Below are positions 42,202-50,908 of a DNA stretch of 64,000 nucleotides, piece by piece. Position numbers and translations under genes: made by a program. The stretch lies in contig JAGVXH010000002.1 of NCBI GenBank assembly GCA_018303845.1, positions 27,532 to 91,531 on the forward strand, given 5' to 3'. How positions within the stretch are numbered: position 1 is the first letter of the stretch; every line of letters begins with the position of its first letter. The notes under the pieces were generated by a model. That model was not told where the DNA came from, did no database searches, and saw nothing but the letters and a program-made list of their open reading frames with translations. Source of the DNA: Candidatus Pacearchaeota archaeon (GTDB lineage Archaea > Nanobdellota > Nanobdellia > Pacearchaeales > GW2011-AR1).

Positions 42202-42608
42202 TACTTTAATCCACAAGCCCGAAAATTTTCCACATATTTATGATCCATTTTAATCAAATGATCTTCCCACCAACTTTTTAAAAAATTTAAAACATCATCA
42301 GCACTACAAGTCCCATTCTGAAAATTTCTATAAAGCAAAAGAACTTTTGCAATATATCCCATATGGGCCGCTACATGGGCCTCGGCTCCTCCATAATTAC
42401 ATTTTGCAAAATAATTTTCTTCCGTAGTAAAATGCACACGAGCAAATTCAATAAGCTCATTTAATATCCTGTTCCCCTTCTCCTTATCTTTATCCCAATC
42501 AATATCATGCGCCCAATTAATCAAACCAAGAAGTTTCTTATGCTGGTTATCAATTTCCTCCACATGAACACTAACACTTTCACTCCATTTAATAAACACC
42601 ACAATCAT
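42201..42608 (-). CDS. Bacteriohemerythrin
   Basis: W....V..EEIDNQHKKL, HFTTEE, H...H, W..DHLIKMD. Confidence 0.9.
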   Translation of the reverse strand: MIVVFIKWSESVSVHVEEIDNQHKKLLGLINWAHDIDWDKDKEKGNRILNELIEFARVHFTTEENYFAKCNYGGAEAHVAAHMGYIAKVLLLYRNFQNGTCSADDVLNFLKSWWEDHLIKMDHKYVENFRACGLK

Positions 42609-42620
42609 TCAGAAATATCC

Positions 42621-43802
42621 CTATTTTTTCAAAGGAATATCTTTCTTCCCTCCTTCATCCTTACTAATATTTTTTTCAGAAAAAACCTTTTTTTCATTTG
42701 AGCCAGAAATTTTCTTAGCAGGAACCTCGCATTCATCTCCTAGGCACAAAAAACTACCGCTAGAACCAGTTCTCAAAATTGCTAATTTTAATGACGCTAG
42801 TATTCGATTCAAAGAATCTGCCAAATTCTGAATTTCAAAGATACTACTTTTTTCCAGTTGGATTTCCAATTTGCCTTTTGTTATTTCGTCAACATCAAAC
42901 GCCAATTTCTTGATAGGATTCAAAATAAAAAAAGAAACAATCCACCCAATCAGAGAAACAAAAATGATGATAATGGCTACAATAACAATCGCTTTTCTAA
43001 TCAATTGATTCCGAGCAATACCGAGTGCTTCAGCTTCATCAATTTTAACAACAAGTCCAACATCCATCTCATCAATATATCTCGTCACTGCGAGAACTTC
43101 AACATTACGGTAATCAAACAAACCATAGGCAACCCCTTCTTCTTTGTCCAATGCCTTTTCAATAGGCAAAATGCCAATCAATCTTTCTCTTTCATCAACA
43201 GCCTCTTCCTCAAACCTCCTTTCTGTAAACAAAGAAACGCTCCCATCAACAGTACGATAGGCTAGCAACACCTCACCAGTTTCACCTAAACCCGTCCTAT
43301 CGGATACAAATTCATTAAAACTATCCAAATCAATTCTTGCAACCAAAACATCCTCATGAAAAGGAACAGAGATGGCAATAGATTCTTTTTGAACAGTTTC
43401 AGAAAAATAAGCAGGTTTAACATACACATCTTCTCTAACATTAATAAAATAAGCATCCCCTGATTTATCTTTTCCCACCTGAGATTCATCAGAACTAGCA
43501 ACCACTTTCCCCTCAGGGTCTAAAATAAAAATCTCATAAAATTCTTCCTGCAATTCTATTATCGCCCTTAACTCCTCAGAAGAAAGTTCTTGATGCGTAG
43601 CAGCTATCTTTAATTTTTCTTTTTGCTCTTCCAAAACCTCTTCAATAAAATTTTCAAGTGACTGCGCGACAGATTCTAAATTTAAAACAACCTTTTCTTC
43701 CAATAAAGAATTAGCCTCAATATAATAAGAATACATTCCAACGATACTCCCAACCGTACCTACAAAAATAAATGACATAATCAGTACAACTAAAAATTTC
43801 AT
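42621..43802 (-). CDS. Cache-HAMP membrane sensor lacking an output domain
   Basis: TM, Cache-like ectodomain (GLGETGE, DYRNVEV), TM, HAMP, short tail. Confidence 0.75.
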   Translation of the reverse strand: MKFLVVLIMSFIFVGTVGSIVGMYSYYIEANSLLEEKVVLNLESVAQSLENFIEEVLEEQKEKLKIAATHQELSSEELRAIIELQEEFYEIFILDPEGKVVASSDESQVGKDKSGDAYFINVREDVYVKPAYFSETVQKESIAISVPFHEDVLVARIDLDSFNEFVSDRTGLGETGEVLLAYRTVDGSVSLFTERRFEEEAVDERERLIGILPIEKALDKEEGVAYGLFDYRNVEVLAVTRYIDEMDVGLVVKIDEAEALGIARNQLIRKAIVIVAIIIIFVSLIGWIVSFFILNPIKKLAFDVDEITKGKLEIQLEKSSIFEIQNLADSLNRILASLKLAILRTGSSGSFLCLGDECEVPAKKISGSNEKKVFSEKNISKDEGGKKDIPLKK

Positions 43803-44230
43803 TTCTTCACCTCGTAATATTTTTCATAAACGGGGAAAAGCACCCCTTCTTCAAGGTTAATCCTTTTTATAACGACCTGAGCAATTAGACTAAGTTCATT
43901 TTTAAATTTAAAATTTTCAAATAAATACTTTACACTCTCGTTCTTATGTCTCTCAAAAAAATCCATACTCACTCCAAAAATTGCCAACATCTCTTCAGAA
44001 AATAAACTCCCTAACTTTTTAACACTAGCATCGTCACATTTAGAAAAAAATGGATACAACATCTTATTCTCCAAATCAAGATGGGCAACAAGAATATCTT
44101 TTAACATTCTTAAATCCCTCACCAAATCATCAGCCTCAATCAATTGATCAGAAAAATATTCTTGTATATTATTAAACATTCGCTCAATCTCAATATGTTC
44201 CTGTTTCAGTCGTAAGATTAATCCAATCAT
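43799..44230 (-). CDS. Hemerythrin/HHE cation-binding domain protein
   Basis: LKQEH, HLDLENKMLYP, RINLEEGVLFP. Confidence 0.75.
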   Translation of the reverse strand: MIGLILRLKQEHIEIERMFNNIQEYFSDQLIEADDLVRDLRMLKDILVAHLDLENKMLYPFFSKCDDASVKKLGSLFSEEMLAIFGVSMDFFERHKNESVKYLFENFKFKNELSLIAQVVIKRINLEEGVLFPVYEKYYEVKK

Positions 44231-47200
44231 TTTTCATTCTCCTTACTCCCAAATATACTAGAGATTGCTTCTTTAAAAACTTCACCATTTTCTTCTTTCA
44301 ATATTCCCTTTTCCGTCAAATCGTTAATATATGAAATCAAATCTTTCTCAAATAACTTATCCTTCTTCTCCAAAAGCTCAAACTCCTGTTTTCCCATGGG
44401 ACCAAGCATTTTAACAAATAAATCCTTAATCTTATCCTTACTATTCTCCTGTATAGAAAACAATAATTTAATTGGCTTAATCTCTTTAGTAGGTTTAAGA
44501 GGCAAGGTAAAATTAAATGTAGTTCCTTTACCAACAACACTTTCCAGCCAAACCTTACCACCTTGAGACTCAACAATTCCTTTAACAATAGCAAGACCAA
44601 GTCCCGTTCCCTGATATTCACGATAGATCGTCTGCTCAACCTGGAAAAAGGGCTCAAAAAGTCTTTGTTGAGATTTCGCATCTATACCAATGCCATGGTC
44701 AGCAACCGAAAACAAAATCATATCTCCCTTTAATTTGGCCTTAACATCAACAGTCGAACCTTCTTTGGAAAATTTAATGGCATTGTTAATCAAATTTCTC
44801 AAAACTTGAGATAATCTATTCGGATCGTGCTCAACAATTGGCAATTTTTCTATACTAGGAATAATAGTAATCTTTTTTTCCGGCATAAACCCTTTCATCT
44901 CTTCAATAACTTGAAGAACAACCTTACCAGGATCATCTCTAACAAACTTAAACTTTAACCGAGCAGCTTCAATCCTAGAAATCTCCAAAAAATCAACAAT
45001 AATACCGTCCAACCTCTTCGTGTTCCTAGAAACAATCTCAATAGCAGTCTTCTGCTCGTCAGTCAACTTCCCATAATATTCGCCAAGTAACATCTGCAAC
45101 TGAGCCTGCATCGGAGTCATGGGAGACCGAAGTTCATGAGAGGTAATAGACAAAAATTCCGTCTTAGCTTTCTCCAATTGTTTATACTCTATTTCCATTC
45201 TGTCCAACGCCTCAGCAGTACTATTAAGAGTCTCACCAAGCGTCTGCAACTCATCGCCAGTATCAATATTAGTCCTAGCCTTAAAATTCTTCTTCCGCAA
45301 CTCTTGCGCCACAACATTTAATTCAGCAATAGGTTTAGAGACTCTATTTGAAACATAAAAACCAAGTCCTACAAAAATAGAAAAAACAATGAAAAGGATA
45401 AACAAAATAACAAACCTAATATTAATCATAATATTATAGTCCTTTGTGGCATTTATTGAAGAAAATATCACTGCAGGTTTTTCATTATAAACATCAACCA
45501 TGGAAAATCCCCCACAAGCAAATACCTCATCATCTAACTTGGAAATTTTCAAAAGAGAAGATTTTTTTCTCAATAACTCAACATTTTCTTCTGAAAAACA
45601 AGGAAAGATTTTTTCAGAATTACTGCTGACTATAACATACTCTTCAAAATCATCCCAATTATTTCTTAATCCCTGAGATTTCCTTGAAGAAGCCCAGTCC
45701 ATTTCATCTAATGAGCCTTTATCTGCAACCATTAAAAAATCATCTCCCTTTCTTTTTTCCATAATATCAAAAAATCCGTCAATCCCTTGAGCTAATTCCA
45801 CATAACCAATCAAATCATCCCCATCATAATACGGGGCCACTACTCTTAACGCATAAGTAGTTTTCCCAAGTTCAATCCCAGAACTCACCAATCCAGTTTC
45901 TTTAGCTTTCAAAAAAGAAGATCTCTTAATCTCATCTCCAAAAATACTTTTATCATGGAGCCGAACAAAACTGGTCCCATTAGGTTCTATAAAATAAAAA
46001 TGCGTTATTCCATATTCATTTTTAAGTTCCGAAAACAACGGATAACTATACTCAAACAATTTCTCCCTATCTCTTTCAAGATAAAGATGCCTCATACTTT
46101 CATCATTTAAAACAACTTCAAGCGTTGCGGATAAACGAGTTATACTGGCCTCCTGCAAATCAAAAAAATCTTCCTCATTTTCAAGTACAGCATCAAAAAA
46201 TTGACGTTCAAGAATTTGATTTTGATAATAAACGACAAGGGCGCCAATTAAAACTATTTCAAACAAAATAATAAATAGAATCACCATAAACTTTTTATCA
46301 ATCTTACTAAAAATTACTTCCTTCGAAGATGAAACATTCGTATTTTTTTTCTTACGAACAATAATCCCAACACCAATCGCAATCGCAATAACAATAGCAA
46401 TCGCAATAAAATAAAATTTGAAACTTATTCCAGGAACAGGTTCAGAAGGCGTCAGTTGAATAGACAACATTATTCCACCAAAAACACCAACATCTTCATA
46501 ATTAGTATTTGGATTAGAATACAAAACAGGAACAGCTAATGTAACCTTAGTTCTGCCACCAACATCAGTAGCATAAGAGACAAACGTCTCCTTATCTTCC
46601 AAAACCTGCCTCGCCATTTCGCTATAAGCAAAAGATCCGCGATACTTATACAAATTAAATATGCTTCCCTCTCTCGTAGAATTAGGCTCATTAAATCCAG
46701 CCAATTGCCCATCCTCTAAATAACCTAAAACATTATCAGGCTTTGGATGAAAAATAGTATTCCCCTCCAAATCAAAAACTAAAAGATAATTCCGAGCATA
46801 AGTGCTACTGATTACAATTTCATCCCTAGCAGGTTCAATGTGCTTAAACAATTCCTGCAAATGCCTATAATCTAAAGACAAAACAACAACACCCTTGAAA
46901 ACTCCGTCCCTATAAACTGGAGAAGAAAATCTTATCACTCCTTGCTTCAAAATATCTCTTCCAATAACTTCTTCATAAATTTTCCCCTCTTTCGCCTCGA
47001 CAGAAGCTCCCTCAAAAACATCATCAAATCCAACATACCAAGTCAAAACTTTCCCAATAAAAACCTCGCCACTATCTAAACCCTTAGTGTCTTCAAAATA
47101 AACTTCAGATTTAAATTCTGTATTCTCTTGGACAGAAACATCCAAAAGATTATCCGAAAATCCATCCTCACTATATTTAATAATTTCTTTCCCATCAGCT

Positions 47201-47520
47201 CCAATAAAAACAATGTCCCTATAAATGGGAATAACTTTTTTTTTCTCTATAGGAAAATTGTCACTTCCCAAATTAAACCAAATCTCAGAATTATGATCAG
47301 CATAAAAATCACGAATAGAATTTTTCGCAACCTCAATATCAGAATAATCAAAATTTGCAACCTCAATAGTTTCGTCAACCCTTTTATCTAAAAAAGAACC
47401 AAAATTCTCAGCAATCTTTAAACCTTCAGTTTCAAAATCACTTTCATGGGTTGCAAAAATCCCAGGAGCCAGAAAAAGACCAATTAAAAAACCAATTAAA
47501 AAAAATCTTCCCAAATACAT
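44227..47520 (-). CDS. Membrane sensor histidine kinase with two Cache-like ectodomains
   Basis: HAMP; H-box SHELRSPM; NLINNAIKF; DHGIG; GTGLGL; GKGTTF. Confidence 0.93.
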   Translation of the reverse strand: MYLGRFFLIGFLIGLFLAPGIFATHESDFETEGLKIAENFGSFLDKRVDETIEVANFDYSDIEVAKNSIRDFYADHNSEIWFNLGSDNFPIEKKKVIPIYRDIVFIGADGKEIIKYSEDGFSDNLLDVSVQENTEFKSEVYFEDTKGLDSGEVFIGKVLTWYVGFDDVFEGASVEAKEGKIYEEVIGRDILKQGVIRFSSPVYRDGVFKGVVVLSLDYRHLQELFKHIEPARDEIVISSTYARNYLLVFDLEGNTIFHPKPDNVLGYLEDGQLAGFNEPNSTREGSIFNLYKYRGSFAYSEMARQVLEDKETFVSYATDVGGRTKVTLAVPVLYSNPNTNYEDVGVFGGIMLSIQLTPSEPVPGISFKFYFIAIAIVIAIAIGVGIIVRKKKNTNVSSSKEVIFSKIDKKFMVILFIILFEIVLIGALVVYYQNQILERQFFDAVLENEEDFFDLQEASITRLSATLEVVLNDESMRHLYLERDREKLFEYSYPLFSELKNEYGITHFYFIEPNGTSFVRLHDKSIFGDEIKRSSFLKAKETGLVSSGIELGKTTYALRVVAPYYDGDDLIGYVELAQGIDGFFDIMEKRKGDDFLMVADKGSLDEMDWASSRKSQGLRNNWDDFEEYVIVSSNSEKIFPCFSEENVELLRKKSSLLKISKLDDEVFACGGFSMVDVYNEKPAVIFSSINATKDYNIMINIRFVILFILFIVFSIFVGLGFYVSNRVSKPIAELNVVAQELRKKNFKARTNIDTGDELQTLGETLNSTAEALDRMEIEYKQLEKAKTEFLSITSHELRSPMTPMQAQLQMLLGEYYGKLTDEQKTAIEIVSRNTKRLDGIIVDFLEISRIEAARLKFKFVRDDPGKVVLQVIEEMKGFMPEKKITIIPSIEKLPIVEHDPNRLSQVLRNLINNAIKFSKEGSTVDVKAKLKGDMILFSVADHGIGIDAKSQQRLFEPFFQVEQTIYREYQGTGLGLAIVKGIVESQGGKVWLESVVGKGTTFNFTLPLKPTKEIKPIKLLFSIQENSKDKIKDLFVKMLGPMGKQEFELLEKKDKLFEKDLISYINDLTEKGILKEENGEVFKEAISSIFGSKENEK

Positions 47521-47560
47521 TTCGTCAACAAGAAAACGTCATTAAATAAAACACCATTTC

Positions 47561-48148
47561 CTACCCCTCCTTATTAATTTTTATTTTTTCAATTTTTTCA
47601 TTAGAGAGAACAAAAGATTTAGAAAACTTGCCACGAATAACCTTATCCACAACAGTTCCAACTTTAGCAATAAGGTCTTCATTATTAGAAGATTCAACCG
47701 CATAAAAAATAGCTCGAGTTTTAGACCTCTTAACCTTATCAACCAAATCAGCAAGAAACTTATTACACATATTATTATCCTGATAAGTCAAAAGATTAGT
47801 CACTGCATCAAAAACCAAATAATCAAAATCATGTTTCAAAAATTTTTTAATAACTAGTGACAATTCCGTCAAAGCCCCAGGACTCGAAACATAATAAACA
47901 TCTTCAGATTGATCCGGAATTTTCATCATCGCTTTAGAAATAGTATCAATAAAAACAATATTCCCAATCTCAATCTTCTTCTTTAAAAAAATTTCTTTCA
48001 AAGAATAAAAAGTTTTATTCGTGGTAATATAACAAATATTCCCAGACAATTTTTTTATCACACTAACAATATTCTCGTTATATTCACCACTAGACATAAC
48101 AAAAAGAATAGTCTGATTAGATTTCAATTCAGATTTAATATCCACCAT
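47561..48148 (-). CDS. Degenerate RecA/KaiC-fold protein (DUF835-like)
   Basis: YITTNK, VFIDTIS, SPGALTELS, LVFDAVTNLLTY; no Walker A. Confidence 0.65.
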   Translation of the reverse strand: MVDIKSELKSNQTILFVMSSGEYNENIVSVIKKLSGNICYITTNKTFYSLKEIFLKKKIEIGNIVFIDTISKAMMKIPDQSEDVYYVSSPGALTELSLVIKKFLKHDFDYLVFDAVTNLLTYQDNNMCNKFLADLVDKVKRSKTRAIFYAVESSNNEDLIAKVGTVVDKVIRGKFSKSFVLSNEKIEKIKINKEG

Positions 48149-48149
48149 C

Positions 48150-48503
48150 TTAGCCAATTAACTCCTTTACTTTATTCAAAAGCTTATCAATATCAAAAGG
48201 CTTCTGAATAAAACCAACAATATTTTTCGATTTCATCAAATCTTCCTTCTCGGCTTCAGAAATTCTAACAACACTCAAATAAGCTACCTTGGCTCCCATC
48301 ATTTTAGGAATAATATCTCTAACGGGGGTCCCAGGCATCATAATATCCATCAAAACCAAATCCGATTTTTTCTCTGCCCATTTCTTCAACGCATCATCCC
48401 CACTAACCGCAAGAATAACATTATAGCCATTTTTTTCCAAAATCATCTTCACCGTAGTCCTATTGTCAGCTTCATCATCAACAACCATAACCGTCTTAAC
48501 CAT
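48150..48503 (-). CDS. Stand-alone response regulator receiver
   Basis: VVDDE, LMDIMMPG, QKPF. Confidence 0.9.
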   Translation of the reverse strand: MVKTVMVVDDEADNRTTVKMILEKNGYNVILAVSGDDALKKWAEKKSDLVLMDIMMPGTPVRDIIPKMMGAKVAYLSVVRISEAEKEDLMKSKNIVGFIQKPFDIDKLLNKVKELIG

Positions 48504-48638
48504 TCTTTCCGCTACCTCCTTTTATCCAATCAAAAATACAAACATCCATCTGCATCAAAACCCCTTCTCCTTCAGCAACAATTACCATAAATTTAACATC
48601 TCCTTTAACCCTCCAAATAAGACCAAAAAGTCATAACC

Positions 48639-48995
48639 TCATCTTTTGTTAATTACTTCCTTTACAGTCTTCAATAAAACTCCTGAAGAAAATGGTTTCT
48701 GAATAAAACCATCCACATTCCCCATATCAACCTCTTTACGGGGAACAATCGAAACATAAATTATTTTAATTTTTTTATTAGATCTCCATTTCAATAACCT
48801 AGAAAAATCATAACCAGAAAGCGTCGGCATCTTAATATCAAGCAAAATAACATCAACCTCATTAACTCCTAATAAATCCAAGGCAACGGCACCATTCCCA
48901 GCCATGACAACTTCATAGCCATCCTTCTTAAGAAAACTCCCCATAAGCTCTCTGTCTTCCTCATCATCATCAACAATTAAAATCTTTTTCGCCAT
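48639..48995 (-). CDS. Stand-alone response regulator receiver
   Basis: ILIVDDD, LLDIKMP, QKPF. Confidence 0.9.
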   Translation of the reverse strand: MAKKILIVDDDEEDRELMGSFLKKDGYEVVMAGNGAVALDLLGVNEVDVILLDIKMPTLSGYDFSRLLKWRSNKKIKIIYVSIVPRKEVDMGNVDGFIQKPFSSGVLLKTVKEVINKR

Positions 48996-49042
48996 AAATA
49001 GGAATAGAAAAAACTATATAATTACTCTTATACGAACATATT
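48996..49042. repeat. 47-bp direct repeat, copy 2
   Basis: 43/47 identical to 42155-42201. Confidence 0.9.
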
Positions 49043-49284
49043 CAAATCGGAATCTTCTTCCCGCATTCCGAGCAAAACTTCACTCCGCTTTCAATTGGCC
49101 AACCACATTCACACCTCTTCACCTTCTCTTCTCTCTTCTCAATAACAGCCGTATAATCCCCTCGTCCAGACATTACCTTCCCAATAATCTTTGCTATCTT
49201 CTCTTGCTCTTTCTCGTCATTCTGATACCGCGTCAAATCAAATCCTTCCATGTTCATTTTAGGGAAAACACTAGGGCCTCCCAT
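49042..49284 (-). CDS. Zinc-ribbon protein
   Basis: CECG....KFCSECG. Confidence 0.7.
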   Translation of the reverse strand: MGGPSVFPKMNMEGFDLTRYQNDEKEQEKIAKIIGKVMSGRGDYTAVIEKREEKVKRCECGWPIESGVKFCSECGKKIPI

Positions 49285-49467
49285 CCCAAATCTAGAAAAT
49301 TCAACTTTTAAAATTATCTATACCCAACTATAGTAAATTCCTAACTTTTCGTTACACAACTCTATGAAATCCTATACCTAAAATCACCAAAACAAAACTC
49401 CAATACTCTATTTTCACAACAAAAACAAACCCCAATATTTTATAAAGATTACTCAACTAAAATCTTC

Positions 49468-49635
49468 ATGACACACAAATGCGACCTCTGCAAAAAAGAA
49501 ATCAAAACAACATTCCTAGACAAACTAAACGGAACAATAATCAAAACAGGAAAAAGCGAAACCTCGAAAACCCACTACATCTGCTCATCCTGCCAAAAAG
49601 AACACAAAGAAAAGTTAAAAGAGAAATTAATCTAA
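49468..49635 (+). CDS. Small zinc-finger protein (55 aa), not in the ORF track
   Basis: MTHKCDLCKKEIKTTFLDKLNGT...YICSSCQK; TTTATAAA upstream. Confidence 0.75.
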   Translation: MTHKCDLCKKEIKTTFLDKLNGTIIKTGKSETSKTHYICSSCQKEHKEKLKEKLI

Positions 49636-49708
49636 AGCCTCCGGCGGGAGTCAAACCCGCGACCTCAACATTACGAGTGTTGCGCTCTGTCAACTGAGCT
49701 ACGAAGGC
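49636..49708 (-). tRNA. tRNA-Thr(CGT)
   Basis: GCCTTCG/CGGAGGC acceptor stem, CAACA-CTCGTAA-TGTTG anticodon arm; T-loop TTTGACT. Confidence 0.92.
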
Positions 49709-49740
49709 ACCCTCATAAACGTCCCTAACAATTAATAAAT

Positions 49741-50859
49741 CTACCTCACTGAAGCATACCCGCCATCAACCCCACCCTTAGAAAAAACAATCTGCCACAA
49801 CTGATTCCGCCGAGCCCTAAAGCTCCCCGCACAACTCAGCAAATAATAATCCCACATCCTCTTAAATCTCTCTCCATAATTCTCCTTCAACCTATCCCAC
49901 CCCTTCGAAAAATTCTCATGCCACGCCATCAAAGTCTTATCATAATCAGTCCCAAAATTATGCCAATCCTCAACAACAAAAACATCCTCACTGCTACTAG
50001 CAATTTGCTTTGCCGAAGGAATCATGGAATTAGGAAAAATATACTTTTCAATCCAAGGGTCAGTAGAATTAACCGACCTATTCCCTCCAATACTATGCAA
50101 CAAAAACAAACCCTTATCATCTAAACACTCACTAATCTTTTTCATATATGTTTCATAATTCTTAATTCCTACATGCTCAAACATCCCTAGGGAAATAACA
50201 GCATCAAATTTCTCATAGACATCCCTATAATCCTGAAACCTAATATCAACAGGTAACCCAGTACATTTTTCTCGCCCGAGCTTAACCTGTTCTTCAGAAA
50301 TAGTAATCCCCACAACTTCCGCTCCATGTTTCTCCGCGGCATATTTAGCAAAACTGCCCCAACCACAGCCCACATCCAAAACCTTCATCCCGCTCTTCAG
50401 CCCAATCTTTCGACAAACAAGCTCAAGCTTCGACTCCTGAGCATCCGCCAAATTACTAGCATCCTTCCAATATCCACAAGTATAAACCATCCTCTCACCC
50501 AACATCTCACTATAAAGATCATTACCAATATCATAATGATGCCTACCAACCTTCAAGGCCCCAACCTTATTTTGCAAATTAAGCAACTTAGACCTTAACG
50601 ATAAAAAAAATCTCTGACCATGCCCAACCCTATCTTCCAACTTAACTCTCAATACCCGATTAAAAAATTCATCCAACTTATCACAATCCCACTGCCCATC
50701 CATATAAGATTCCCCCAGTCCCAAAGACCCCTGACCCAAAACCCTTCCATAAAACCTATCATCATAAACCCGAATATCCCACGGCCTCTCTCCACCAATC
50801 TCAACATCAGCAAAACCAAGAATTTCCTCAACAGCCTTTTTCATCCTACCAACAAACAC
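49741..50859 (-). CDS. cfa: Cyclopropane-fatty-acyl-phospholipid synthase
   Basis: GSLGLGESYMDG, HYDIGNDLY, VLDVGCGWG, GMFEHVG, WIEKYIFP, RMWDYYLLSCAG. Confidence 0.93.
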   Translation of the reverse strand: MFVGRMKKAVEEILGFADVEIGGERPWDIRVYDDRFYGRVLGQGSLGLGESYMDGQWDCDKLDEFFNRVLRVKLEDRVGHGQRFFLSLRSKLLNLQNKVGALKVGRHHYDIGNDLYSEMLGERMVYTCGYWKDASNLADAQESKLELVCRKIGLKSGMKVLDVGCGWGSFAKYAAEKHGAEVVGITISEEQVKLGREKCTGLPVDIRFQDYRDVYEKFDAVISLGMFEHVGIKNYETYMKKISECLDDKGLFLLHSIGGNRSVNSTDPWIEKYIFPNSMIPSAKQIASSSEDVFVVEDWHNFGTDYDKTLMAWHENFSKGWDRLKENYGERFKRMWDYYLLSCAGSFRARRNQLWQIVFSKGGVDGGYASVR

Positions 50860-50908
50860 CTCTAAACATCAACGATTAATTAATATAAATATTTAACTAA
50901 CAAAAATC

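Noticed and set aside
48496-48588. Possible 30-aa ORF between the two receiver genes
   Set aside because: It has no recognisable motif and overlaps the downstream RBS and start; insufficient support.
49479-49697. 72-aa ORF from the track
   Set aside because: Wrong frame; the zinc-finger ORF 49468-49635 and tRNA-Thr account for the region.
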